Assembly (NCBI GenBank): GCA_963748815.1
Contig: CAVVKJ010000010.1
Location: 608,001-672,000, forward strand
Direction: 5' to 3'
From: an uncultured Gemmatimonadales bacterium
GTDB lineage: Bacteria; Gemmatimonadota; Gemmatimonadetes; Gemmatimonadales; GWC2-71-9
DNA: 64,000 bases
The notes under the pieces are model-generated. The model had not been told where the DNA came from. It was given only the letters and a program-made list of their open reading frames with translations, and ran no database searches. The position numbers and the translations under genes were made by a program. Numbering within the stretch: position 1 is the first letter of the stretch; the number at the start of each line of letters is the position of its first letter. Shown piece by piece: positions 19,018 through 29,282 of this stretch.

Positions 19018-20532
19018 TCAGGGGAGTGGCAATCCGGGGAAGGCGCTCGAGATGAAGAAGCGCAGGAATCTCGCCGATTGCGCGACGTCCGGCTGGTTCT
19101 CGTAGTCGCTGTGGCGGGTGTATCCGGTGTAACTCAGCCCAACTCCGACCTTGCGGTTGGCCCAGTAGCGGGCCTCGATCAACAGCGCGTCCTGGTAGTG
19201 GGCCGACTCCGTGCCTTCGATCGTGTGCAACCAAAGACCCGTGAAGCCGACGGTGCCCTGCAGGCGGTTCTTGTAGAGGATGCGCCCCGCAAAGAGGCCC
19301 CCCACGCCGGGCCCATAATCATAGTCCCGTCCCTCGACGGACTTGTAGTAGTCGGACTGGACCGCGCCGAGGAGGACGCCGTTGGCAAGGATCTGGGTCT
19401 GCCCCCACCAGGTTTGCCCCGGCTTGCCAATCCTGCTCACCACGCCGATCTGGGCGCTCTGGCCGCTGTACTCAAAGGCGGGGTTATTGAAGTAGTCGTA
19501 CTCCAGGCTGAGCGCCAGCTGGTGGCGCCGCTTCGCGCCCAGCGGCCAGGCGGCGAGGCTGCCGCGCGCGCTGAGCTGGTTGATCAACCCCTCGTTGCCC
19601 GGACCGGCCAGGTCGGCGCGGATGGCGAAATAGGAGAACGGCTTGCGGGACAGGTCCTTGACCGGGTCGCCGTAGGAGAGGAGAAAGGTCGCGTTCCACT
19701 GGTTCGACCCGGTCTCGATGTTCCCGCTCGCGATCGACTGCACGGTCCGGCGGTACCCCACGTCCAGCAGTCCGAGGATAGCACTCGGATGCCAATCAGC
19801 GGGATTTGCGCTGACCCTGTGCGTCTCCCCCCGGACGAGTCGATTGAACCCACCGACGGGATTGAGCACCGCCGCTCCGATTTCCCGCCACACCCGTTCG
19901 CTGCCGGTCGCCTCGTTGTCGAGAACGAGCCGTGAAATCCGGTACAGCGACTCGCCGAGGACCGCCCCCCCGACCACGGTATTGACCACGTCATTGGGCG
20001 CGGGCGCCCACGCCTCGAAGAAGTACTCCCACATCAGGCTGCCCCCGAGCGACCAGGCGGAGGAGGCCCAGAAGTCGTACCCGTTGGTGCGGCCGGAATT
20101 GAAGTAGAGGTTTCCCTGGTACGGGTGCGCGAACTGGTTGTTCTGGAAGTCGTTGTCGTCCCACTGCCAGGGGTAGCTGAAGTTGTTGGCCCAGGTTTGC
20201 GGGCTGACCCTGGCCCACTCCTCCTTCGTGACGAAGTTGCTGACCGAAAACGGGATCAGCTGCACAATGAAGACGTTGCCGACGCCCATCCAGAAGTTCT
20301 TGGGGGGACGGCAGTCGGGGCATGGCAGCGAATCGACGCGCGGCACCACCGCCTGGTCCGGGGTGGACAACCCCAGCAGCGCCGGGCTGATCGGCTGGGG
20401 GCCGGCAATGCGCATCGTGCCGGGCGGCGCCGTCTCGACAGGGCCGGTGCCCTGCGCCAACCCGCGCGCAGGCGCCAGCACGCCGGCGAGAACCGCCAGG
20501 GAAAGCGACAGGCGTACGACGGCGAGGCGCAG
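19018..20532 (-). CDS. DUF3943 domain outer-membrane protein, paralogue 3; start approximate
   Basis: WQWDDNDFQNNQFAHPYQG motif; signal peptide lies just downstream of the msrA stop. Confidence 0.75.
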   Translation of the reverse strand: MRLAVVRLSLSLAVLAGVLAPARGLAQGTGPVETAPPGTMRIAGPQPISPALLGLSTPDQAVVPRVDSLPCPDCRPPKNFWMGVGNVFIVQLIPFSVSNFVTKEEWARVSPQTWANNFSYPWQWDDNDFQNNQFAHPYQGNLYFNSGRTNGYDFWASSAWSLGGSLMWEYFFEAWAPAPNDVVNTVVGGAVLGESLYRISRLVLDNEATGSERVWREIGAAVLNPVGGFNRLVRGETHRVSANPADWHPSAILGLLDVGYRRTVQSIASGNIETGSNQWNATFLLSYGDPVKDLSRKPFSYFAIRADLAGPGNEGLINQLSARGSLAAWPLGAKRRHQLALSLEYDYFNNPAFEYSGQSAQIGVVSRIGKPGQTWWGQTQILANGVLLGAVQSDYYKSVEGRDYDYGPGVGGLFAGRILYKNRLQGTVGFTGLWLHTIEGTESAHYQDALLIEARYWANRKVGVGLSYTGYTRHSDYENQPDVAQSARFLRFFISSAFPGLPLP

Positions 20533-20534
20533 CG

Positions 20535-21071
20535 CTACGCCCGCAGTCGATCGAGGTGTGATTTTCGAAGCGCCGCAACCTTGGGCGCGATGACCAGCTG
20601 GCAGTACCGCTGGTCGGCATTCCGCCGGTAGTAGCCCTGGTGGCCCGGTTCCGCCGCATAGAAGACGGACAGCGGGGCAACCTCCGTCACGATCGGGTCG
20701 GGCCACAGCCCCTCGCCGCCGAAGCGCCGGATGACCTCCTCGGCGGTCGCACGCTGCGCAGACGACTGGGTGAGGATGATCGACCGATACTGGGTGCCGA
20801 CGTCGGCGCCCTGCCGATTCGGTGTGGTGGGATCATGCATCGAGAAGAAGACCTCGAGCAGGTCGCGGTACGAAATGACCGCAGGATCGAAGGCGACCTG
20901 CACGACTTCCGCATGGCCGGTCCGGCCACCGCAGATCTGCTCGTAGGTGGGGTGCTCCACCGCCCCACCCGCGTAGCCCGACACGACCCGCTCCACCCCT
21001 CGCAGCTGCTCGAAGACCGCTTCGAGGCACCAGAAACAGCCGCCGCCGAAAGTCGCCAATTCCATCGTCAT
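20535..21071 (-). CDS. msrA: Peptide-methionine (S)-S-oxide reductase
   Basis: GGCFWC, GHAEVVQ, HDPTT.NRQG.DVGTQYRS motifs. Confidence 0.95.
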   Translation of the reverse strand: MTMELATFGGGCFWCLEAVFEQLRGVERVVSGYAGGAVEHPTYEQICGGRTGHAEVVQVAFDPAVISYRDLLEVFFSMHDPTTPNRQGADVGTQYRSIILTQSSAQRATAEEVIRRFGGEGLWPDPIVTEVAPLSVFYAAEPGHQGYYRRNADQRYCQLVIAPKVAALRKSHLDRLRA

Positions 21072-21769
21072 TTCCACACCCTCGGCAGGAGCGCGCCGGT
21101 GCGCGCGCGATACGCTCCCCATTCGGGATACCTCGACAAGGACGCCTCCTTCGCGAGCATGTTGGGAACGAACTCCACTCCCCAGATCGTGAGCAGGATG
21201 GCCCACGCCGCCCAGTGGCCGACCAGAACCGCGTAGGATCCGTACAGCATCATCTCGCCGAGATAGTTCGGGTGCCGGACGTGGCGAAACATCCCGTCAG
21301 TGATCAGCCCGCCGCGGGCGCGGAGTGTAAAGGTTTTCTGTGCATCGGCGGCCGTCATCAGGAAGAGCCCGAGCGTGTGGAGCGCCACAGCAGCAGCCAT
21401 GACACCGGGCGATGTCGGGGGATGGCCCCGTCCCGACAGCAACAGCCACGGCAGCACCCAGTAGGGCGCCAGCCCGAGCACGAAGGCCGCCGCTCCCCCG
21501 CCCCAGGTGACCCGCCGCTGCCAGTTCGCGTCGGGAAAGGCGAGGTCCTTCGCGACCCAGCAGATCCCGTAGCTGCCGTAGAGCGCCAGGTAGACCCAGG
21601 CCACGCCGGACCAGGCGCCGTACCACCACATCAGGAGGGCGACGAACGGAAGCGAACCCAACTTCTGCGCGTTGATGACCCACGCCAGCTTCAGCACCCG
21701 CGGCCCGCCGAGAAGGTCGGAACTCAGGTAGCGGTTGGCGCGGTGCAGCCAGGCGGCCCAGGTCGGCAT
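21068..21769 (-). CDS. Membrane protein, DUF1295/steroid 5-alpha-reductase/ICMT-like
   Basis: Multiple TMs; LITDGMFRHVRHPNYLGE motif. Confidence 0.75.
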   Translation of the reverse strand: MPTWAAWLHRANRYLSSDLLGGPRVLKLAWVINAQKLGSLPFVALLMWWYGAWSGVAWVYLALYGSYGICWVAKDLAFPDANWQRRVTWGGGAAAFVLGLAPYWVLPWLLLSGRGHPPTSPGVMAAAVALHTLGLFLMTAADAQKTFTLRARGGLITDGMFRHVRHPNYLGEMMLYGSYAVLVGHWAAWAILLTIWGVEFVPNMLAKEASLSRYPEWGAYRARTGALLPRVWK

Positions 21770-21774
21770 GCCGC

Positions 21775-23109
21775 CTAGCCCTTCGGCACCGGGTGCACGA
21801 AGCGCCGCAACAGCCAGAACGCCGGTACCGACACGGCCAGCACGCCGAGCCCGAGCAGCGCGTGCTCCGGATCACTCCAGACCACGCCCACGAGGAAGAC
21901 GACGGCGATGGCCACGGCGAGGCCGGTGGTCCAGGGGTAACCCCACGCCCGGTACGGACGATGACGCGTGGGATCGGTCACCCGAAGCCGGAACAGCGCG
22001 AGGAAACAGATCAGGTAGTTCAACACGATGAACACCGAGAGGGTCGCGATGACGGCGTTGAAGGTGCCGGAGAGCAGGAAGAAGAACGCCACACCGGTCG
22101 AGAGCAGCAGGGCGGTGGTGGGCGTGCCCCCGCTGTTCACCCGCACCGCGTTCACGGGGAAGAGCCGATCGCGGCTGAGCGAGAAGACGATCCGGCTCGA
22201 CGCCAGGAACACCGTGTTGATGGTCCCGAGGATCGAGATGATCATCAGGACTCGCAGCACCGTATCGCCTGCCGGGCCGAGGAGGCGCTCGGCGGCGGTC
22301 GCCATCACGAACGGGTCGCCCGCCATGCCGGGGACGGTGAAGAGCCGGACGAACGCGACGTTCAACAGCAGGTAGAGCGCCGTGATGAGCCCGAGACCCA
22401 TGAAGATGGCGCGGGGAATCTCACGCCCGGGGTTCTTGAATTCCTCGCCCCCGTAGATCGGGTAGTAGTAGCCGTCGAAGGTGAAGATGACACCCTGCAT
22501 CGCGAGGATGATGGCCGCGAGCATCGGGAGATCGGATCGCGGCGCCGTCACGGCCTCGGACGCAGCGGGCAGGAAGAAGATCCCGCCTACGAGGAGGACG
22601 AGGGCGACCGCCTTGAGGCCCGTCGTCACGAGCTGAATCCCCGCCCCGGTCCGGATGCCACGCCACTGGGAGACGACGAAGGCCAGGAGGATGGCCGATG
22701 CTACCGCGAGCGACCGCCCCGCCAGCAACGGGAGGACCGCCCCGCTGTACTCGCCGATCAGGAGACCGAGGGCGGCCATCGAGGCGCATTGCTGGAGCCA
22801 GTCGTTGTACCCCACGAGAAAGGCGGGATAGTCCCCGAAGGCGCGGCGGGCCCACGGATAGACGCCGCCGGCGCCTGGGTCCATCGCGCCGTGTTCGGCG
22901 TACGCCGTCGCCCCCAGGAAGGCGAAGGCGGCCCCGGCGATCCAGGCGCCGAAGAACAGCACCGGCGTCGGGAGAAGGGCCGCCACGTCGCCGGGGGTGC
23001 GGAGGATCCCGCCGCCGACCACCGCACCGATGGCGATGGCCAGCCCGAAGGCGAGACCGAGCACCCGCAGCAGGCCCTTGGCGGGCGTGGGTTCGACCTC
23101 GGATGTCAT
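21775..23109 (-). CDS. APC family amino-acid permease
   Basis: IGAVVGGGI, AYAE..P..GG.Y and EEFKNPGREIPRAI motifs; about 12 TMs. Confidence 0.85.
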   Translation of the reverse strand: MTSEVEPTPAKGLLRVLGLAFGLAIAIGAVVGGGILRTPGDVAALLPTPVLFFGAWIAGAAFAFLGATAYAEHGAMDPGAGGVYPWARRAFGDYPAFLVGYNDWLQQCASMAALGLLIGEYSGAVLPLLAGRSLAVASAILLAFVVSQWRGIRTGAGIQLVTTGLKAVALVLLVGGIFFLPAASEAVTAPRSDLPMLAAIILAMQGVIFTFDGYYYPIYGGEEFKNPGREIPRAIFMGLGLITALYLLLNVAFVRLFTVPGMAGDPFVMATAAERLLGPAGDTVLRVLMIISILGTINTVFLASSRIVFSLSRDRLFPVNAVRVNSGGTPTTALLLSTGVAFFFLLSGTFNAVIATLSVFIVLNYLICFLALFRLRVTDPTRHRPYRAWGYPWTTGLAVAIAVVFLVGVVWSDPEHALLGLGVLAVSVPAFWLLRRFVHPVPKG

Positions 23110-23729
23110 GACGGTCTCGATTCGGCTCGGAGGAGGTCGTGCGTGTCGGCGAAGAATTCGGGTCGCCGCGCCATGTCCCTTCGGTACAGGCTGCGCAGGT
23201 ATGCCACGTCCGCAGGGGCATCGCCAGTCGGGGTGAACGGGGGCAGCGTCAATCCGATGGTGCGGGTGGACCAGTCGAAGGTGACGGGCACGATGGGCAC
23301 GCCCGCCGCCGCGGCGATTCGGTGGAAGCCCGTCTTCCAGTGCTCGATGTATTTCCTCGTCCCTTCGGGGGCGACGGCCAGCACAAAGGTCGGTGCCCGT
23401 TCCATGCCCCGCAGCACCCCGTCGATGATCCCGTCCGGCCTGGAGCGATCGACCGGAATCCCGCCCAGGGCGCGAAGCAGCCAGCCCACCGGCCCGACGA
23501 AAAGGGTGTGTTTCCCCAGCCACTGGGCGCGGAGGCCCAGCGCAAATTTCGCGGCGAGCCCGACGAAGAAGTCCCAGTTGGACGTATGCGGCGCGACGAT
23601 GAGGATGAACCGGGGGAGGGGCGGCAGGGCCCCGACCATCCGCCATCCCATCAGGCGAAGCGCCACCCGGCCGACAGAAACGAGGGGGCCGTGCCCCCCG
23701 AAGGGCAGGCGTGCGGGGGTCGACGTCAC
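23106..23729 (-). CDS. Lysophospholipid acyltransferase family protein
   Basis: [15 protein letters not shown] and PEGTR motifs. Confidence 0.85.
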   Translation of the reverse strand: MTSTPARLPFGGHGPLVSVGRVALRLMGWRMVGALPPLPRFILIVAPHTSNWDFFVGLAAKFALGLRAQWLGKHTLFVGPVGWLLRALGGIPVDRSRPDGIIDGVLRGMERAPTFVLAVAPEGTRKYIEHWKTGFHRIAAAAGVPIVPVTFDWSTRTIGLTLPPFTPTGDAPADVAYLRSLYRRDMARRPEFFADTHDLLRAESRPS

Positions 23730-24823
23730 TTGGGCGACGCCTGCCGGGCGCCGAACGCTTCCCACCCCGCCGGCGCGGGGTCGGGATAGCGGCAGGTCTG
23801 ACAGGTGCGGCGGAGCGCGGAGAGGCCGCGGAGCGTCACGTCCGGGGAGAGAAACCCGTCGCGGAGCGGCTCCTCACGCAGGAGGTCGGTGCTCAGGTAC
23901 TTCTTGTTGTCGTCGGCAAACACCGTGGCAACCACAGCCGCCCCGCCGAGGGCCTCCTGTGCCAGCAGGGCCGCGAGGAAGTTGGCGCCGGAGGAGATCC
24001 CCACGCCGAGCCCCAGTCCCGTGGCCAGCTTCTGGGCCATCAGGATGGCGTCGCCATCGTCGATGGCGAGAATGTCGTCGAGCTGGTCGAGTTCGACGAT
24101 GGCAGGGATGAATTCGTCTGAAATGCCCTGGATGCGGTGCTGCCCGACCTTGTGACCGGTGGACATCGTCGGCGAGTTGGACGGCTCGACCGGATGCAGC
24201 TTGATGCCGGGGACCTCTCCGCGCAGATACGCGCCCGCGCCCATGATGGTGCCCCCGGTGCCGACCCCGGCGACGAACGCCGCCGGTACCAGCTCCCAGG
24301 CCGCCAATTGCCCGAGAATTTCCGGGCCAGTGGTCTGGAAGTGGGCGTCGCAGTTGTCGCGGTTGGAGAACTGCCTCGGCAGGAAGGCGCCGGGGGTCTT
24401 GCGCGCGAGCGCCTCGGCCATCTCGATGCTCCCGAGGAAGCCCCCCTCCTCGCGACTGACGAGCACGATGCTCGCCCCGAGACTGCGAATCAGGTTGATC
24501 CGCTCGCTGCTCATCCAGGCGGGCATGAAGATCGTGACCGGATGCCCGAGGGCCCGGCCGATGGCCGCGAAGGCGATGCCGGTGTTGCCGCTGGTGGCTT
24601 CCACGATGAGCGCGCCCGGCTGCAGCGCCCCGGTGGCGTACCCCTGCCGGAGGATGTGGATCGCCATGCGATCCTTGATGCTTCCGGAGAGGTTCAGGTG
24701 CTCGGCCTTGGCGTGAATGACGCGACGGGAACCCTGAAAGGTGAACTCGATCGCGAGCAACGGCGTGTTGCCGACAAGGCTGGAAAGCCCGCGGAGTCGC
24801 TCCTGCGGCTGTCGGTCGGTCAT
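23726..24823 (-). CDS. cysK: Cysteine synthase family PLP enzyme
   Basis: [29 protein letters not shown] and HRIQGI motifs. Confidence 0.85.
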   Translation of the reverse strand: MTDRQPQERLRGLSSLVGNTPLLAIEFTFQGSRRVIHAKAEHLNLSGSIKDRMAIHILRQGYATGALQPGALIVEATSGNTGIAFAAIGRALGHPVTIFMPAWMSSERINLIRSLGASIVLVSREEGGFLGSIEMAEALARKTPGAFLPRQFSNRDNCDAHFQTTGPEILGQLAAWELVPAAFVAGVGTGGTIMGAGAYLRGEVPGIKLHPVEPSNSPTMSTGHKVGQHRIQGISDEFIPAIVELDQLDDILAIDDGDAILMAQKLATGLGLGVGISSGANFLAALLAQEALGGAAVVATVFADDNKKYLSTDLLREEPLRDGFLSPDVTLRGLSALRRTCQTCRYPDPAPAGWEAFGARQASPK

Positions 24824-24836
24824 GCAAGGCTCCGGT

Positions 24837-25010
24837 TTACGGCCTGGATGAGGCGTAGGCGGAGACGAGGATGAGGGTCGCAATCGGGCCAATGAAGAGC
24901 GAAAAGAGCCCCCAGAGAAGACCGCTCTTTCCCTTGGTCTGTGCCAGGCCTGCGTTGAGGAGGGCCAGTGTCCCCCAGCCGACGGCATATCCGCTGCTCA
25001 CGTATTCCAT
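24837..25010 (-). CDS. Small two-TM hypothetical protein
   Basis: [41 protein letters not shown]. Confidence 0.65.
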   Translation of the reverse strand: MEYVSSGYAVGWGTLALLNAGLAQTKGKSGLLWGLFSLFIGPIATLILVSAYASSRP

Positions 25011-25187
25011 GTCACGCTCCGTGAAGGGCTGTCCAAGGCCGGCACTGGCGGCGACGGCCATATGCCTGTCAGGCACAAACTTACCCAATTCCGGGCCGGG
25101 GGTCACGCACGGGGGAGCGGGGGGCGCGCGGCTTCACTCCGGCTCGCAATCGGGGTACAATCCACCCATCCCGCACCTGAGGGCCGC

Positions 25188-26669
25188 ATGCCGCGCCGAG
25201 CCTTCCCGCTTGCCGTATTGATCACGGTCGCCCTCGCCTCCGGCGCCTGCCGCGGTGAGACGGACAAGTCGGAGCCACCGGCGGAGGAAGCGTCCGCGCT
25301 CGAGGTTCCTGGCGACTCGGCGCTTCGGGCGTTGACGATCACCCGGCATGGGGACCTCGATACCATGCGGGCGTACCACCGGATCCGCATCCTGGTGGCG
25401 CCGAGCCGGACCCAGTATTTCGTGGACGAGGGCACGCCGCGCGGGCTCGCCGTGGACGCGGCCGCCCTCTTCGAGAAGAGCCTCAACCAGCACCTGCGCA
25501 CCGGGCGGCAGCCGATCCATGTCGTCTTGCTCCCGGTTCGTCACGACGAACTGTTGCCCGCGCTGCTCGCGGGCCGAGGCGACATCGTCGCCTCGGCATT
25601 GACCATCACGCCGGAGCGGCTGGCGGTGGCGGACTTCTCGCAGCCGACCGTCTCGAACGTCTCGGAAATCGTCGTCACCGGCCCGGCCTCGCCCCAACTC
25701 GATTCCCTCGAAGACCTGGCGGGGAAGGAGGTCTACGTCCGGCGCTCCTCGGCGTACTACGAGAGCCTGGAGACGCTCAACGAGCGCTTCAAGCGCCGGG
25801 GCCTGGCACCGGTGCGGCTCCGGGCGGCCCCCGAGGCCCTCGAGGACGAAGATCTGCTCGAAATGCTCAACGCCGGCCTGGTCCAGATCGTCGTCATGAA
25901 CGACCTCCTCGCCAATTTCTGGCAGCAGGTGCTCCCTGAGATCACCCCGCGCCCCGCGCTCGTGGTGAAGTCGGGCGCCGACATCGCGTGGATGTTCCGG
26001 AAGGACAGCCCGCAGCTGAAGGCGGAGATCAACCGGTTCCTCGCGGAATATCCGGCCGGTTCCGCGACCCGCAACACGATCCTGCACCGCTACCTGAGGG
26101 GCACCAAGTACGTGACGAACGCCTCCGCGGAGTCGGAGATGCGCAAGTTTCAGGCGGTGGTGGAGCTGTTCAAGAAGTACGGCGCGCAATACGACCTCGA
26201 CTTCCTCCTGGTGCTGGCGCAGGGCTACCAGGAGTCCCGGCTCGACCAGGAGGCCCGGAGCCAGGTCGGGGCGGTGGGCGTCATGCAGGTCATGCCGGCC
26301 ACCGGGCAGTCGCTGGGCGTCGGGGACATTCACCAGCTGGAGCCGAACATTCATGCGGGAGTGAAGTACATCCGCACCCTGATGGACGAGCACTTCGCGA
26401 ACGACTCGCTGGACGACTTCAACCGGACCCTGTTCGCCTTCGCGGCGTACAACGCGGGGCCGGCCCGGGTCGCCGGGCTGCGGCGGAAGGCCGCGGCCCG
26501 CGGGCTCGACCCGAATACGTGGCTGCGCAATGTCGAATACGTTGCGGCGCAGGAGATCGGCCGGGAGACGGTCACCTATGTCGCCAATATCTACAAGTAC
26601 TACGTCGCCTACACGCTGGTCATGGAGCAGGACGCCGAGCGAGAAGCGGCGCTGAAGGCACACCGCTAA
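25188..26669 (+). CDS. mltF: MltF-like lytic transglycosylase (substrate-binding plus SLT domains)
   Basis: Lipobox SGAC; QGYQES catalytic Glu, GVMQVM, AAYNAG and ETVTYV motifs. Confidence 0.85.
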   Translation: MPRRAFPLAVLITVALASGACRGETDKSEPPAEEASALEVPGDSALRALTITRHGDLDTMRAYHRIRILVAPSRTQYFVDEGTPRGLAVDAAALFEKSLNQHLRTGRQPIHVVLLPVRHDELLPALLAGRGDIVASALTITPERLAVADFSQPTVSNVSEIVVTGPASPQLDSLEDLAGKEVYVRRSSAYYESLETLNERFKRRGLAPVRLRAAPEALEDEDLLEMLNAGLVQIVVMNDLLANFWQQVLPEITPRPALVVKSGADIAWMFRKDSPQLKAEINRFLAEYPAGSATRNTILHRYLRGTKYVTNASAESEMRKFQAVVELFKKYGAQYDLDFLLVLAQGYQESRLDQEARSQVGAVGVMQVMPATGQSLGVGDIHQLEPNIHAGVKYIRTLMDEHFANDSLDDFNRTLFAFAAYNAGPARVAGLRRKAAARGLDPNTWLRNVEYVAAQEIGRETVTYVANIYKYYVAYTLVMEQDAEREAALKAHR

Positions 26670-26686
26670 CCGACCCGGAGTCATTG

Positions 26687-27517
26687 ATGCTGACCTTGCT
26701 GCCCCTGCTGGCCTCCGCCGTCCTCGCGACCGACACCGTCCTCGTGTCCCCGGCCTGGCTGTCGTCACATCTCGGCGAGCCCGGCGTCCTCGTGGTGCAC
26801 GTCGACCGGAACCGCGCCGCCTACGACGCCGGGCACATCGAGGGAAGCGTCTACCTGCCGCTCTCGTCGATCGTCGTCGAGCGGGACGGGATCCCGACGG
26901 AACTCCCGCCGGTCGCCCAGCTCGATTCCGTCCTCGAGGCGGTCGGCATCGGCGACCGCACCAGGGTGATCATCACCGGCGATCCGCTGGCCGCGGCGCG
27001 ACTCTTCTTCACCCTCGACTACCTCGGACATTCGTACCAGGCGGCGCTGCTCGACGGGGGGACGGCGATGTGGGTGGAAGGAGGATGGCCGGTCAACAGC
27101 GCGGCGGTCCCCGCGCGCCGAGGGACGCTGACCCCTGATCCGCAACCGGAACTCGTGGTCAGTGCCGAGTGGGTGAAGAGCCATCTGCAGAGCGCTGAGG
27201 TCGTGTTGCTCGATGCGCGGACCAAGTCCGATTTCGCCGCCGGGCACATTCCCGGGGCTCGCAACATCCCGTGGGACATGACGCAGGAGGGGAGCCCGCC
27301 GGTCTTGCAGAGCGCGCCCTGGCTCATGGGGCTCTTCCACGGCGCAGGCGTCCCGCCGGGATCGCAGGTCGTGACCTATTGTCGGTCGGGGATGCAGGCG
27401 AGCTTTCTCTACTTCGTGGCGCGGTACCTGGGATATGAGACGAAGATGTACGACGGCTCGATGGCGGAGTGGACGAAGCTGGCGGGGGCGCCGATCGAGA
27501 CGGGTGTGCCGGAATAG
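26687..27517 (+). CDS. Tandem rhodanese sulfurtransferase
   Basis: YDAGHIEG, GHIPGA, YCRSG and YDGSMAEW motifs. Confidence 0.85.
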   Translation: MLTLLPLLASAVLATDTVLVSPAWLSSHLGEPGVLVVHVDRNRAAYDAGHIEGSVYLPLSSIVVERDGIPTELPPVAQLDSVLEAVGIGDRTRVIITGDPLAAARLFFTLDYLGHSYQAALLDGGTAMWVEGGWPVNSAAVPARRGTLTPDPQPELVVSAEWVKSHLQSAEVVLLDARTKSDFAAGHIPGARNIPWDMTQEGSPPVLQSAPWLMGLFHGAGVPPGSQVVTYCRSGMQASFLYFVARYLGYETKMYDGSMAEWTKLAGAPIETGVPE

Positions 27518-27558
27518 ATCGGCCCCGCGCGTCAATCACCGCAGTCGACGGGGGCTCA

Positions 27559-28710
27559 ATGCCGTGTTGTTCGGGTCACTCAGCTGCCCGCTTTCGCGGC
27601 GCCACTGGCCTCGCCGCCGCGGCGCTGGTCCTGGGCGCGTGCGCCAGCGTCCCGACGCAGTCAGCCAGTATGCAGGCATCTCCCAACGTCACGGTCTCCG
27701 CCTCCAGGCTCCAGCTCCAGGTGTTCGAATTGGGACGCGCCGTCTCGGCGTTGATCGAGGAGGCGGCGGACAGTATCGAGGACTCGTCAACCGATCCGGT
27801 CGTCCGCCGGACCGCACTGCTGTGGAAAGTGTCGGGCATCCCTCTCGTCCAGGAGGCGGCGCTCCGCATTGATCCGCTGGTGGCCGGAGTCGATCTCGTG
27901 GCGCTGACGATGCAGCAGCTGGACTATTTCACGACCGGCGCAGGCCGTGACGCGTTCGGCCCTCAGCAGTTCATCGCCGTCGCGGCGGCGCGTGAATCCG
28001 AACGGCTGGCGATCGCGCTCGCCAAGGCGAGCGTGCGGAGCGGCACCTACCGGCCGCAGTTCGAGGCGAACGTCCGGCAGTGGGCGGCCGACCACCCGAT
28101 GCATGGCCCAACGCTCACGCGGGCCTCCGTCCTCAATTCGGAGTGGGAGGCGCTCGGCATCAGCACGGAATCACTGCAGGCCACCATCGCCAACGTCGAT
28201 CGAACGCTCGTGAACATCACCTACCGCCTGAGCTACCTGAATGAGACGCTGGCCGCGCAGGCGCGCTGGAACGCCGAGCTGGCGCTGGGTGACGTCCTCG
28301 TCGCACCCCAGAGCGAATCGATCTACTCCACCTTCACCTCGGCTCTCGGGTCGGTTGGCATGTTCGCCGACAGCGTACCGCTGCAGCAGGTGCTCGATCA
28401 GGAGCGGCTCGCGCTGATGGCGGATGTGGACCGCCAGCGCGTCCTCGCCTTCGAGGACGTCGCCGCCCAGGTCAGCATCCTGCGGGCCGCGCTGACCTCC
28501 GAGCGGGAAGCGCTCATGGCCGAGGTCGCCGAGGAGCGTGTGGCGATCTTTGCCTCCGCCGACACGCTCGCGGCACGCTCGATCATCCAGTCGGAGGCCG
28601 TGTTGCGGCGGCTGGTGCTGCAGATCGTCGCGGGAGCCCTGGTCGTGGTCCTGGCGCTGCTGGGGTGTGGAATGATCCTGATCAAGCGATGGAAGACAGC
28701 GACAGCCTAG
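27559..28710 (+). CDS. Hypothetical lipoprotein with helical body and C-terminal TM
   Basis: Lipobox LGAC; IEEAADSI motif; C-terminal hydrophobic anchor. Confidence 0.65.
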   Translation: MPCCSGHSAARFRGATGLAAAALVLGACASVPTQSASMQASPNVTVSASRLQLQVFELGRAVSALIEEAADSIEDSSTDPVVRRTALLWKVSGIPLVQEAALRIDPLVAGVDLVALTMQQLDYFTTGAGRDAFGPQQFIAVAAARESERLAIALAKASVRSGTYRPQFEANVRQWAADHPMHGPTLTRASVLNSEWEALGISTESLQATIANVDRTLVNITYRLSYLNETLAAQARWNAELALGDVLVAPQSESIYSTFTSALGSVGMFADSVPLQQVLDQERLALMADVDRQRVLAFEDVAAQVSILRAALTSEREALMAEVAEERVAIFASADTLAARSIIQSEAVLRRLVLQIVAGALVVVLALLGCGMILIKRWKTATA

Positions 28711-28845
28711 GGGCGGGACTCGAGCCGCCGGCCGAGGCCCAAAAGAAAGGCCCCCTTTCGGGGGCATAGCAGGGGCGGGACTCGACGCGAAGCGCGGGGC
28801 CCTGACTTCGGGGAGTGGAACGACCATAGCAGGGGCGGGACTCGA
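28709..28845. repeat. Three spaced copies of the tRNA-Met 3' end
   Basis: AGGGGCGGGACTCGA at 28709, 28771 and 28831; copies 2 and 3 share CATAGCAGGGGCGGGACTCGA. Confidence 0.85.
28741..28765 (-). terminator. Intrinsic terminator (probable original tRNA-Met terminator)
   Basis: Minus strand reads GCCCCC-GAAA-GGGGGC followed by CTTTCTTTT. Confidence 0.7.
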
Positions 28846-28870
28846 ACCCGCGACCCCGGCATTATGAGTG
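28826..28870. repeat. att site: displaced 3' half of tRNA-Met
   Basis: 45 bp identical to 35190-35234; spans the anticodon loop to the discriminator base. Confidence 0.95.
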
Positions 28871-29190
28871 ACAGATGGCCGGGGCACGAGTAACCCCGAC
28901 CTCCTCTCCATCCCATACAGAGTCCAACTCAAGTCCATCAGACCACACCAGCCATTCTTCAGCTGGTGGTTCAGGCGATCCCGGCACGAGTGCCGGGGCC
29001 GGATCGCGCAGTCGTACCGTTGAGCTGCGGCGCTGGAATGTGCGCGGCAAGCATGGCGAGAAGCCGCGCAGAAGCCCGTCAGAGCCACGGAACTCGGCTG
29101 ACGCACCGACACGGGCCGCGAAGGAGCCGCAGGCTCCCCGTGGGCCCGCAGGGCACACGGAAGCGAACTCCGAAGGAGAGAGCGTCGAGA

Positions 29191-29217
29191 CGGGGCCGAA
29201 GGCCCCGCCCCTTGATA
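29191..29217 (+). other. Putative double-strand origin (dso) of rolling-circle replication
   Basis: Hairpin CGGGGCC-GAA-GGCCCCG followed by CTTGATA, the pC194/phiX174-type nick motif, directly upstream of rep. Confidence 0.7.
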
Positions 29218-29282
29218 CGTTAGCAGAACTCGACCACAACCAATCTGCCAAGAGCAAGGAAAAGCTTGCCAAACGGGCCAAG

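Noticed and set aside
21793..24111. Long antisense or alternative-frame ORFs (this 772-aa ORF, 7490-9283, 59781-62165 and similar)
   Set aside because: Shadow ORFs of real genes in high-GC DNA, with no recognisable motifs.
28709..28870. CRISPR array
   Set aside because: The repeats are tRNA 3'-end fragments of unequal length, there are only three, and no cas genes are in the window.
28826..28870. Second tRNA-Met gene
   Set aside because: Only the 3' half is present; the D-arm and 5' acceptor strand are missing.
28875..29210. N-terminal 110 aa of the 416-aa Rep ORF
   Set aside because: Low-complexity translation over hairpin-rich DNA upstream of the dso; probably non-coding.
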